From Candidatus Uhrbacteria bacterium (GTDB taxonomy: Bacteria > Patescibacteriota > Patescibacteriia > UBA9934 > GWF2-40-263): DNA of 64,000 nucleotides. Shown here one piece after another: positions 49,490-58,611 of the stretch (positions are counted from its first letter, which is position 1; every line of letters starts with the position of its first letter). The notes under the pieces are model-generated. The model made no database searches. It was not told the DNA's origin and saw only the letters and a program-made list of their open reading frames with translations. The position numbers were made by a program, and so were the translations under genes. The stretch lies in assembly GCA_026395055.1 (NCBI GenBank), contig JAPLZK010000003.1, positions 35,855 to 99,854 on the forward strand. Direction: 5' to 3'.

Positions 49490-52159
49490 ATGGTGTTGGA
49501 TATCCATGGTTTGTTGATTGCTGTTATACTATCTCTATTCATCTCGATACTTCTCGAGTTAACACACATTATGAAATTATTCCTCAGGGTTTCTTGGATA
49601 CCTGTTTTTTTGTTTGCTTTATTCATGACACCTATTGCACATGCTGCAACAGCACCATCGCTCGGAGCTGCGGATCCGTACGGCGTGCTTACGTATCTTT
49701 ATGGTCGCTTCGGACTTCCGGGTCCTGTGATCACGGGAGATTTTGGATATACCATTTTAACCGGGACATCACCTATGCCGGTTGTAAGTGGTGCAACACA
49801 CGTGGCGGATGGGACCTATACTCAGGCAGAGACAGATGGACATACAGCATGGGTTACACTCGAGGATTCATCCATCAATCCTTGTACATACACGTTTACC
49901 GGAAGTTCCATCGATCTTGCAACAAAAGATGTGGGAAGCGGAGTTGGAATTTATCCTCCTGGTGTTTATTGCGCGGGCATGGCCACAACAATCGTAAACA
50001 TTGGTGCAGCAGGAATAAAACTCAATGGCAGTGGGACGTATATTTTTCGATTTGATGGCGGGGTTCTCTTCACAAGTCCATTTTCTGTGGTGACCATGCA
50101 AAATGGTGCATCGTCTTGTGGAGTCTTCTGGCTTCCAGATGGTCCGGCGATTCTTTCGAGTTTTGGTCATGATTCAACGTTTGTCGGTACGGTTTTTTCA
50201 CATGACGGGTATAACGTCAATGATGGCGTGACCTGGTACGGAAGAGCCTTAACGCTTGGTGGAGGAACTGTGAACATGGCGTCCGATGAAATTGTAACAG
50301 CACCAACGGGTTGTACGCCACCACCACCACCACCACCACCTGCAACCGGAACGCTTCATGTGATCAAACAATTTTATAATGATTATGGCGGCACGGCAGT
50401 AGCATCGGATGCGAATGTTCATGTAAAAAATGGAGCAGGAGATATTGTGGGAAGTCCACATGCAGGTTCTCTTGCGCCAGGAACGCTTTATACCGTGAAT
50501 GCAGATACGTATATTGTGAGTGAAGATACATTCTTAGGATACACTCCAACCATTGGTGGAGATTGTGATGCGACGGGTCATGTGACCATCGGATCCGGTG
50601 ACAGTAAAACGTGTATCATCGCAAACGATCAAAATCCACCACCAACACCAAGTTCTGCAACGCTTCACGTTATCAAACATGTCGTAAACAACAATGGTGG
50701 TTCATCTGCAGCATCTTCATTTACGCTCCATGTAAAAGGTTCTGGGGGAATGGGTGTAAGTGATGTGTCAGGAAGTCCGGCAGCGGGTGCGGAGTCTCCG
50801 GGGGTTTCTTACACACTCCTTCCAGGAGCATTCGTTGTAAGCGAAGATACATTCTCGGGATACACTTCAACATTCAGCGGAGATTGTGACGCAACAGGTC
50901 ATGTTACACTCGCATCAAGCGATCATAAGACGTGTACCATTACGAATACGGACATTGCTCCATCCGGACAAAAACTTCCTTCAATACCTGCCACGTTGCA
51001 TGTGATGAAGATTGTCACAAATGATAATGGTGGAAAGGCTATTGTTTCAGATGCGGTCATTCATGTTATGAGTGGAGCCGGAGATGTTTCTGGAAGTCCA
51101 CATGCGGGTGCAAGTACACCAGGGACGGCTTACACACTTGATCCGGGAATCTACACAGTGAGTGAAAACTTTTTTCCAGGCTACACCGTAAAAATTGGCG
51201 GAGATTGTAATGATAGTGGAAACGTAACCCTTGCGGCGGGTGATTCAAAAACGTGTACGATCACAAATGATGACATTGCCGCGCCTGTCGTTCCTCCTCC
51301 ACCCACGATTATCACCCCTGTAACGGTAACACCGGCAACATGTGATATTTGCTCTCGTCTTACATACGATCTTTACATCATCAATCCAGATAAGTCCGAA
51401 CGTCACACAGGAACAGCCTGGGTGCGCGTGACAGATCGCGGAAATGGAATTAAGAGATATTCGTTTGAGGATGCCACGCTTGATCCACACAATCCATTGT
51501 TTGACTATAACGATTCTGTGATTGATGTGGATTACACGGACTGTAAGAATACGAAGTTTATGTTTGTGAGTTCGGATGCTTCGTGGAAACATCAAGTTCG
51601 CATTAAAGTTTCTATCGACGGAGCTGCACAATCAGATACGCTCGTTGTCGATGATTCAAAAGCGGTTGTTGGAACCATGAAGGCGATGAATGTGACAACG
51701 GGTGTGAACGCAAAGACCGCTTGTACTACGCCCCCTTCAACAACATCTTCTGGTTTGAAGGGAAAAATCCTCCTTCAAGTACAGTCGCATGGAGAAGCGT
51801 GGTACATTCATCCCATTTCAGGATCACGTTATTACATGAAAGATGGGGTGACCGCTTATGGCATGATGCGTAAGTTTGGTGTTGGAATCACAGATAAAAA
51901 TTTACTGCTTATTCCAAGCGTTGCATCGGTTGCCGAGTTAAAGGCCTCAACAAGTATTTGTCCAACAAATAGCGCGGCAAAAAATCAGGCAGGAAAAATC
52001 ATGCTTCAGGTTCAACAACATGGAGAGGCCTGGTATGTGGATGCGGGAAAATGCAGACGTATTTATTTGAAGGATGGAGCGGCAGCCTATTCCGTCATGC
52101 GTTTCCTTGGGCTTGGAATCACAAATGCAGATCTCGAGAAGATGAAGATCGGATCGTAA
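49490..52159 (+). CDS. Secreted surface protein: N-terminal DUF3494 ice-binding-like β-helix domain, three about 120-aa prealbumin/Cna-B-like repeats, two C-terminal about 50-aa repeats
   Basis: Signal peptide. 'GAADPYGVLTY…GDFGYTILTGT…GVYCAGMATTIVNIGAAGIKLNGSGTYIFRF…TLGGGTVN'. Repeats starting 'TLHV[IM]K' at about 50276, 50645 and 51000. 'GKI[LM]LQVQ.HGEAWY' repeats at about 51760 and 51995. Confidence 0.6.
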   Translation: MVLDIHGLLIAVILSLFISILLELTHIMKLFLRVSWIPVFLFALFMTPIAHAATAPSLGAADPYGVLTYLYGRFGLPGPVITGDFGYTILTGTSPMPVVSGATHVADGTYTQAETDGHTAWVTLEDSSINPCTYTFTGSSIDLATKDVGSGVGIYPPGVYCAGMATTIVNIGAAGIKLNGSGTYIFRFDGGVLFTSPFSVVTMQNGASSCGVFWLPDGPAILSSFGHDSTFVGTVFSHDGYNVNDGVTWYGRALTLGGGTVNMASDEIVTAPTGCTPPPPPPPPATGTLHVIKQFYNDYGGTAVASDANVHVKNGAGDIVGSPHAGSLAPGTLYTVNADTYIVSEDTFLGYTPTIGGDCDATGHVTIGSGDSKTCIIANDQNPPPTPSSATLHVIKHVVNNNGGSSAASSFTLHVKGSGGMGVSDVSGSPAAGAESPGVSYTLLPGAFVVSEDTFSGYTSTFSGDCDATGHVTLASSDHKTCTITNTDIAPSGQKLPSIPATLHVMKIVTNDNGGKAIVSDAVIHVMSGAGDVSGSPHAGASTPGTAYTLDPGIYTVSENFFPGYTVKIGGDCNDSGNVTLAAGDSKTCTITNDDIAAPVVPPPPTIITPVTVTPATCDICSRLTYDLYIINPDKSERHTGTAWVRVTDRGNGIKRYSFEDATLDPHNPLFDYNDSVIDVDYTDCKNTKFMFVSSDASWKHQVRIKVSIDGAAQSDTLVVDDSKAVVGTMKAMNVTTGVNAKTACTTPPSTTSSGLKGKILLQVQSHGEAWYIHPISGSRYYMKDGVTAYGMMRKFGVGITDKNLLLIPSVASVAELKASTSICPTNSAAKNQAGKIMLQVQQHGEAWYVDAGKCRRIYLKDGAAAYSVMRFLGLGITNADLEKMKIGS

Positions 52160-52162
52160 AGA

Positions 52163-52197
52163 CAAAAAAGATTCAACCCATGTTGAATCTTTTTTAT
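52163..52197. terminator. Bidirectional terminator (agattcaac ccatg ttgaatct + T-run) between convergent genes
   Basis: Perfect hairpin with A/T runs on both sides. Confidence 0.7.
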
Positions 52198-53330
52198 TGG
52201 AAGATCTTTTGGAATTGTTTTTGGTACGTTTTCCAGGTATGTGTGAGAATATCTTGTCTTCGTTTGAGTCCTCTTTGTTCACAGATAAAATCCAGGAACG
52301 GCTTTGATCGGGTTGGTGTGCTCTCTCGATATAAACGCATGAGGAACCAGAGATTTCCAAATGGATGGAAACGCTGTTCATTGCTTGAGTTTACATAGGC
52401 GATTTGTTTTTCGTTTGAAACGGATCGGTTTGAGAGGTTCTTGAGAAATGATTCGGGAAAATTCACGTTGAATGTTTTCACGAGATAGGAGCAAGCGGTT
52501 TGCATTTCGATCACACAATCGTGTTCGATTGTGTGTAAAAGCAGTTTCTGCCAGTCGATGGGTTGGTTCTTTATAAGCGTAATCGCATCAACGACCCATC
52601 GGAGTGTTCGATGCGTGTTATATTCAGCGCCGTGGACAATGACATGGATGAGAAGATCTTCTGTGCACGGCATGAGGCATTGTGTGGATTGTATCTCGAG
52701 TGGAACCGCATTTTTCCAGATCAACTCTGAAGACATTTTGTGTTCGTTCTCAAAAATTCTCCAATGAAGATCAATTTCGATTTCATGATCATTTACGAAG
52801 CTGACTTCATGAAAGTGTTTCAAGATGGATTCGTAAGACAGATTGCGTGTAGAAGGGTAGAGATGTCCTTTTGGGACGCAGCTGTACGCATGAAGAACTT
52901 CCATAGCTCGAAGCGCATCGGCAGGGTGTACAAGAAGATCAATATCGCCAGAGAAACGTGCGCCAGGATTTTTGTAGGCCGTGAGCAAAAGCGGAACGCC
53001 TTTCATGAGAAGAACAGGAATGTTTTGTTTTTCGAGAAGTTCGACAACCTGTCGTGTGCTTTCGAGAAGACGTTGGTTTTTATACCATGCGTATCGATAC
53101 ACGCCTTTGATACGACCGACGAGAGAGTCTTCGATCTTTAACGACTGCAATCGCAAATACAAAAGGGGAAGCAGTCTCATGGTGGCGTGGTCGATATTGT
53201 CGAAGACGACGCGAGACTTCCATTCTTCCCATAACGCTCGAAACGCATCGTTATGACTCAAAACAAGCTTGAGGAAAAGCTCTTCTTCGCTATTTGGAAA
53301 ACTAGATGGATAGATTTTCACGGATGTCAT
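52194..53330 (-). CDS. Uncharacterised nucleotidyltransferase (PF14907/NTP_transf_5-like)
   Basis: 'RFSGDIDLLVHPAD' (hG[GS]…DhDh nucleotidyltransferase signature). 378 aa. Last gene of the operon. Confidence 0.55.
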   Translation of the reverse strand: MTSVKIYPSSFPNSEEELFLKLVLSHNDAFRALWEEWKSRVVFDNIDHATMRLLPLLYLRLQSLKIEDSLVGRIKGVYRYAWYKNQRLLESTRQVVELLEKQNIPVLLMKGVPLLLTAYKNPGARFSGDIDLLVHPADALRAMEVLHAYSCVPKGHLYPSTRNLSYESILKHFHEVSFVNDHEIEIDLHWRIFENEHKMSSELIWKNAVPLEIQSTQCLMPCTEDLLIHVIVHGAEYNTHRTLRWVVDAITLIKNQPIDWQKLLLHTIEHDCVIEMQTACSYLVKTFNVNFPESFLKNLSNRSVSNEKQIAYVNSSNEQRFHPFGNLWFLMRLYRESTPTRSKPFLDFICEQRGLKRRQDILTHTWKTYQKQFQKIFQ

Positions 53331-53336
53331 ACAAGA

Positions 53337-54029
53337 TTAATCGACAGCAGCGGTTCTTTTTCGGCGGAGAGATTCACGAATGACTTTGAGATAATCATTG
53401 CGAGATGCGCGATCGCGAACGCCTGTGTTTGTTTCATGAATGCGACGTTTGAGAAGAATATCTTCTAGACAGACATAAGTTAATCCGAGTTCTTTTGCGC
53501 GCTCAAACCAATCCATAAACTCTCCGATGCTCCATCGCGGATTTAATTCACCTACGCGGTGAAAGGATGTTGTCTTGATCATGACGGCGGGTGAGAGAAG
53601 TGCTGGGGTCGCAACGGGTGGACAGTACCGAAGGGCTTTGATCTCGTCCGACAATTCTGGACTTAAAAAATTACGCATGTAGCAAAAGCAAATGTCGAGG
53701 TTTGGATCTTGCTCGAAACGATTCCGTTGCAGCTCAAGTTTGTTTGGTTCCCATAAATCATCTGCATCCATGAACGCAAGATATTCGCCCTGTGCTACAC
53801 GAATTCCTTGATTGCGTCCTTCTGCGATTCCCAGATTTTCTTTCGAGCGAATAATCGTGATGCGGTCTCCAAATGATTCGAGAACAGCGAGTGAGTCATC
53901 GGTTGATCCGTTATCAATGCAAATCAGTTCGATATTGTTATGTGTCTGCGCTAATACACTATCGACAGATTCGGCAACATATTTTTCCGTATTGTAAACG
54001 GGCATGATGATGGAAATCAGGGGAGGCAT
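53337..54029 (-). CDS. Glycosyltransferase family 2
   Basis: 'ISIIMPVYNTEKYVAESVDSVLAQT', 'IDNGSTDDS', 'FMDADDLW' (DxD). Confidence 0.8.
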   Translation of the reverse strand: MPPLISIIMPVYNTEKYVAESVDSVLAQTHNNIELICIDNGSTDDSLAVLESFGDRITIIRSKENLGIAEGRNQGIRVAQGEYLAFMDADDLWEPNKLELQRNRFEQDPNLDICFCYMRNFLSPELSDEIKALRYCPPVATPALLSPAVMIKTTSFHRVGELNPRWSIGEFMDWFERAKELGLTYVCLEDILLKRRIHETNTGVRDRASRNDYLKVIRESLRRKRTAAVD

Positions 54030-55141
54030 AGAACTGTTTTTATGACATTCGGTACATTCTCGATAGGTAATCCGAGTTCAAGAATGTAACACGGGGTTTT
54101 CTCGATAATTCGTTTGAGTGCGCTGAGTTGATGCGTGCCTGCGAGTGGAAGTTGAAACAGAGTGGTGGGAGTGAGTGCGAGCATTGCCTCCAATTTTGTT
54201 GCGGGAATGATGCGCGTTGATGCACCATCGATAATGCGCGGAATGAGAATCGCAGCGAGTGATGCGTGTTGTTTTACTTGTGCTTCGAGAATCTCGGAGA
54301 AGAACACAATCGCCTTGTCTTCTGGTTTGTGATTTGGATTTACAATGTGTTTCTTAAGAAGAGGGAATTGCGCGATTGTTCGATCGTCCACCTTTGCAGA
54401 GTTATAGAGGCTGTGTGCCACAATAGTCTTGCCCGACTCGATGCCTACGTAATCGTCGCCAAGATAGTTCATGCCTGCGAGAACAGATGCAATTGCCGTT
54501 GTCGACTTGCCTGATCCTCCTTTTGCGGAGAGGAGAACGGCTCGATCATCAACTCCGATCACGGCACCATGAATGAGGTGGATGTTTGAACGCGAAAGAA
54601 ACCAATGGAGAATTGGGCGAATAGGCGCAGCACTGAGCCAATCCGGCAAAAGATTCGCGTCGCGTGTCCAGAAGTAAGCGGTACGATTCTTGGTGTCGTA
54701 TAAGTTTAAGGTTTGTTCACCGCTGAGGAAAATTCCCAAGAATTGATCAGTGATCTCTGTGTTTGTTTGTGTTTCGAGGATGAACTGATGTGATGTATGT
54801 TCGAACGGAGAAGGAATAGAGGTTTTTGTTGAAACAGAATCCCAGAGATGAACCGTGAGGTCTGGTTTTTCGACAGCTTCTCCCTCGAGATGCATGAGTG
54901 CGTGTGAAAGCTTTTGAAGAAGTTGTTCTGAATAGAACGATAAACAGATTTTATTTCCGCCGATACAGTAGTTCTTTCTGATCGGTATTGTGTTTCGAGC
55001 CACTTTCGAGAATGTTGGTCTCACAATTTCATCAAAATACACACGTGTAATGCGTGTGAAGTTTGGAACGACAAGATGTTTCGTTGGTTCAGGCATGTAA
55101 TCGATTGCGTTCTCGTTGTAGTTTTTTTCGAAAGGCTTCAA
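54017..55141 (-). CDS. HprK-related P-loop kinase-like protein
   Basis: C-terminal half 'IHGAVIGVDDRAVLLSAKGGSGKSTTAIASVLAGMNYLGDD' resembles the HPr kinase C-domain P-loop. N-terminal half unassigned. Real start may be M at 55096. Confidence 0.5.
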   Translation of the reverse strand: MKPFEKNYNENAIDYMPEPTKHLVVPNFTRITRVYFDEIVRPTFSKVARNTIPIRKNYCIGGNKICLSFYSEQLLQKLSHALMHLEGEAVEKPDLTVHLWDSVSTKTSIPSPFEHTSHQFILETQTNTEITDQFLGIFLSGEQTLNLYDTKNRTAYFWTRDANLLPDWLSAAPIRPILHWFLSRSNIHLIHGAVIGVDDRAVLLSAKGGSGKSTTAIASVLAGMNYLGDDYVGIESGKTIVAHSLYNSAKVDDRTIAQFPLLKKHIVNPNHKPEDKAIVFFSEILEAQVKQHASLAAILIPRIIDGASTRIIPATKLEAMLALTPTTLFQLPLAGTHQLSALKRIIEKTPCYILELGLPIENVPNVIKTVLCLP

Positions 55142-55766
55142 TTCTTCCTTTTACGCTGACTTCATTTGCATTCGTCATGTTCGATGCATGCCTGCGGCAG
55201 AGAACGGTTGTGGCATCAACGCGTTTTTCTATACATCTTGCCTCTTCGAATCGCATTCTCCAATCCAGATCTTCCCCTTGTCGCATTGTTTCATCAAAGA
55301 GGCCAACACGATCGAAGACAGATGTTCGAAAGAGCGCCGAGCCTAAGAGTTCGAGGGCAAAGAATTTTTTTGTGATTTCCGTTCGTTTATTTTCAACCGA
55401 TCGAAAGAATTGAGAGAAACCACGTGCTGTGTCGTATGGTTCATTCTGAAGAAGATGCGGTAAGAGCGATTGAATATGATGGTGTGTCCAAAGATCGTCT
55501 GCGTCGAGGAAGCCGAGGATGGTGCCTTTTGCGTGTTTGATTCCCGTGTTGCGTGCCGCGGATTGTCCCTGGTTAGCTTGCGTGATCACTCGGATCCGAT
55601 CGGTATACGTCTTGAGAATCTGGGCTGTGTTGTCTGTCGAACCATCATTCATGACAATAACCTCGAGATTTGGATATTGTTGCGCGAAGACAGACTCAAG
55701 TGCATGCGAGATATGACGCTCGCCATTGTAGACAGGGATAATCACCGAGATGAGCGGATTGTTCAT
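55089..55766 (-). CDS. Glycosyltransferase family 2
   Basis: 'ISVIIPVYNGERHISHALESVFAQQ', 'MNDGSTDNT', 'FLDADDLW'. Confidence 0.8.
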   Translation of the reverse strand: MNNPLISVIIPVYNGERHISHALESVFAQQYPNLEVIVMNDGSTDNTAQILKTYTDRIRVITQANQGQSAARNTGIKHAKGTILGFLDADDLWTHHHIQSLLPHLLQNEPYDTARGFSQFFRSVENKRTEITKKFFALELLGSALFRTSVFDRVGLFDETMRQGEDLDWRMRFEEARCIEKRVDATTVLCRRHASNMTNANEVSVKGRIEAFRKKLQRERNRLHA

Positions 55767-55773
55767 AGCCGAT

Positions 55774-56196
55774 TTACTTAAGTGTTGGCCAACCCACCGC
55801 GTCTACATCATGAATCGGATCCGCAAGAAGCATTTCCTGCATGTCTTCATATTTTTCGATCTTGGGTGTGAGGAATGTTTCTTTTATTGTTACGGGATTC
55901 TCGAGAAGAGTGCTTGTGAGATCCGTTTCGAGAATCAGATCTTCATTTAATAAAAATAATGTAAGATCAGATAGGCTTTGCTTGATTTCGTCTACGTTCG
56001 CTTCGTAACGAGCTAAAAAGGCATTCACGATTTGTTCGAGCGAATGGTTTTTGGCAAGGAGCTCCCAGGCAACAGATCCCGATGTGTTCATGCTGTAGTA
56101 GTTTCCGTTTTCGAGGTTGATGATGATCGTTTCGCCATCCAAGGTCTCGTTGATGACTTTTTGGTCGTTAATGCGATAGGTTTGTATTCCGGACAT
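55774..56196 (-). CDS. PqqD-family protein (RiPP recognition element-like peptide chaperone)
   Basis: 'INETLDGETIIINLENGNYYSMNTSGSVAWELL…SLEQIVNAFLARYEA…LSDLTLFLLNEDLI' matches the PqqD/RRE winged-helix pattern. First gene of the operon. Confidence 0.6.
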   Translation of the reverse strand: MSGIQTYRINDQKVINETLDGETIIINLENGNYYSMNTSGSVAWELLAKNHSLEQIVNAFLARYEANVDEIKQSLSDLTLFLLNEDLILETDLTSTLLENPVTIKETFLTPKIEKYEDMQEMLLADPIHDVDAVGWPTLK

Positions 56197-56244
56197 AGGC
56201 GCGAGCTTAGATTGAATGTCCGTATCATTATAAGGGAATACTGT

Positions 56245-56275
56245 GTTTTCGCAATGAAAAGATGTGAATGAAATT
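56245..56275 (-). promoter_or_regulatory. Promoter for the PqqD operon (TTGCGA-N16-TATAAT on the minus strand)
   Basis: Read on the reverse complement of the 56197–56312 intergenic region. Confidence 0.4.
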
Positions 56276-56312
56276 CGATGATCTGCTGGGTTTCTGTTAA
56301 ACTATCCCTCAC

Positions 56313-58139
56313 ATGCAAAACGAATTTGATAAATCTGAGGCGCTTGAGATGGCAAAGAGCCATATCACGGGAATTCAGCAGGCGATCAAGGTTGAGGTCG
56401 TTCAGGTTCAGACTTCCATTCAGAAGCTTCAACGATCGTCTGGTGGGTATGATGACGTCACGCGAGACAAGATTCTCGCGCATTTTTCGATTCGTGAAGA
56501 CCAATTGCAGCAGCTTTCGCCAAGTCCATACTTTGTGCGTTGTGATGTTCTGTCAGAGAACGGGGAAGCAAAGCCTCTGTATTTCGCAAAGTTCCCATTC
56601 ATAGAACAGTCGATCTTCTCTTGGATGTCGCCTGCAGCTCGTTTGCGCTTCTCGGATATTGGTGAAACCTCGTACCAACTTCAGGATGGAACGGTGCGAA
56701 ACGGGGAGCTGAAACGTAAGGATCAGTTCATGATTGTTCACGGAAAAATTGTGTTCATGACAAGTGAGTCGGATGTGTATGGACGCACGCTCATTTATCA
56801 AGAAAAACTTTCCCAGAAAAAAGCAGGATTCATGCTGCCAGAAATTGTGGAGCGCATGGAGCGTGCACAGGATGACGTCATTCGCGCGCCTGCACAAGGA
56901 TCGTTTCTGATTGCGGGACCCGCTGGGTCTGGAAAGACCACGCTCGCATTTCACCGTATTGCGTATTTATTACAATCGCCAGACACAGCTGCGAAGTTTT
57001 CGTCGAAGAATGTGATTGTCTTTGTTCAAGATGAAGGGACAAAGGCTTATTTCTCTAAGTTGCTTCCAGACTTAGGAATCCACGACGTGTTCGTCACGAC
57101 GTTTGGAGAATGGGCCATGGAACGTTTATCGATTGCAGACGCGAACTTCATTCGAAGACCGAACGGAGTAGATGATGCGATTGATGCGTATGAACATCGT
57201 AAGTGTGTTGCACTACGATCAGACATTGTGCCCGAGAAGAAATTGAAAGACATTTTCAAAACGCTTGAACACATTTATGGTTCTGTGTTTCTCGAAGAAG
57301 ACGTGGCACGATTCAAGCAACAGGTCCTCGATCGAGAGCTTGATCGCTTTGACCTTACACTCTTGTTGCGGTTGGCTCGAGAGGCAAGTGGGCCATTTGA
57401 GAAGCAAGAGGAGTATTTGATTCAAAAGAAGAACTTCGTCGTGACACGAAAGACGCGATCGGTCCCACTCGTCTATTCCTTGATTGTAGTGGATGAAGCC
57501 CAGAACTATTTGCCAGAGCAAGTCACCCTTCTTCGAACGTGTGTCTCAAAAGACACGCAGGCCATGCTTTACGTCGGTGATCTTGGTCAGCAAGTCTTAC
57601 TCGGAACCATGCGCAACTGGTCCCATGCGGGTGAAGACTTTGCGAGCGGACAGAACGTGCAGCTTGAAAAGGTGTATCGAAATACAAAAGCGATTCTTTC
57701 GTATATTGCATCCCTTGGATTCGATGTTTCTGTTCCAGAAGGTTTGCGTGAAGGTATCTCGGTTGCAGACGAGGTTTGTTCTTCGGTCAAGGAAGAGCTT
57801 GAGCGTATTCGAGAAGTCATCGGGTCAAAAGACGCACAGACACAAATCGGAATTTTGAGTCCGTCGGCGGCCTATTTGGATATTTTTCGAGAGGCATTTC
57901 AAGATCGTACGAACGTTCATGTCCTCACTATTCACGAATCCCAAGGTGTCGAGTTTGATGAGGTTTACCTTGTTGGTGTGCCTTCAGACTACCTTGTCGA
58001 GACACAAGAGATCTCGCCTGAGTTTGCAGAGGAACGCTTGCGAATCAAACGCGACCTGATTTATGTGGCACTGACGCGTGCTATGGAGCATGTATCGATC
58101 TTGGGCAGGAAACGGCTTAGAGATATCTTTATTTCCTAA
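56313..58139 (+). CDS. UvrD-like superfamily 1 helicase (HelD/helicase IV-like)
   Basis: Walker A 'AGPAGSGKTT', 'IVVDEAQNY', 'YVGDLGQQV', 'TIHESQGVEFDEVYLVG'. About 200-aa N-terminal domain precedes the ATPase core. Terminator 58139–58180. Confidence 0.7.
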   Translation: MQNEFDKSEALEMAKSHITGIQQAIKVEVVQVQTSIQKLQRSSGGYDDVTRDKILAHFSIREDQLQQLSPSPYFVRCDVLSENGEAKPLYFAKFPFIEQSIFSWMSPAARLRFSDIGETSYQLQDGTVRNGELKRKDQFMIVHGKIVFMTSESDVYGRTLIYQEKLSQKKAGFMLPEIVERMERAQDDVIRAPAQGSFLIAGPAGSGKTTLAFHRIAYLLQSPDTAAKFSSKNVIVFVQDEGTKAYFSKLLPDLGIHDVFVTTFGEWAMERLSIADANFIRRPNGVDDAIDAYEHRKCVALRSDIVPEKKLKDIFKTLEHIYGSVFLEEDVARFKQQVLDRELDRFDLTLLLRLAREASGPFEKQEEYLIQKKNFVVTRKTRSVPLVYSLIVVDEAQNYLPEQVTLLRTCVSKDTQAMLYVGDLGQQVLLGTMRNWSHAGEDFASGQNVQLEKVYRNTKAILSYIASLGFDVSVPEGLREGISVADEVCSSVKEELERIREVIGSKDAQTQIGILSPSAAYLDIFREAFQDRTNVHVLTIHESQGVEFDEVYLVGVPSDYLVETQEISPEFAEERLRIKRDLIYVALTRAMEHVSILGRKRLRDIFIS

Positions 58140-58157
58140 AATAGGACTGTCATCATA

Positions 58158-58466
58158 TTGACAGTCCTATTTTATTTTGTTATGTTCATCGCTCCGATTT
58201 TGGAGAAGAGGTGCCCTATGCTTTTGCTGCTGGCTATTGTGTTCGGAATTTTGTTCGGGAAGTTTCTTGCAACCGGACTCCTGGTCACGTTCACGGTTAT
58301 TTCTGCTCTTTTGACATTCGCAAGTTTCTCATCGAAGGATTTCATGCGACTTACATCGATCGCCGTCGCGTTGCATGCTGGGATCTTCAATATCTGCATG
58401 TGGGTAACGTACTTCATTGTTTCGCCAGCGGATGTTTCAGGCATCACCCATGCGATCTTGAGGTAA
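58158..58466 (+). CDS. Small membrane protein
   Basis: 102 aa with three hydrophobic helices. Confidence 0.3.
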   Translation: MTVLFYFVMFIAPILEKRCPMLLLLAIVFGILFGKFLATGLLVTFTVISALLTFASFSSKDFMRLTSIAVALHAGIFNICMWVTYFIVSPADVSGITHAILR

Positions 58467-58611
58467 TGCAAATGCGGAAATAATCAACCAAAGAGATACA
58501 TGTTTTCTGCCATCCATCTCCGGATGGTTTTTGTTTTGGTCAGAAGATTGACACAAACGGCTTTCTTCTGTAGAATTGCGTGATTCTGTTAATCAACAGA
58601 GCGAAAAAAAT

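Noticed and set aside
52194-56196. Canonical lasso-peptide biosynthetic cluster
   Set aside because: PqqD, HprK-like kinase and PF14907 nucleotidyltransferase are present. But there is no Asn-synthetase-like lasso cyclase, no transglutaminase-like leader peptidase and no precursor ORF in or next to the operon, and two GT2 enzymes are present instead.
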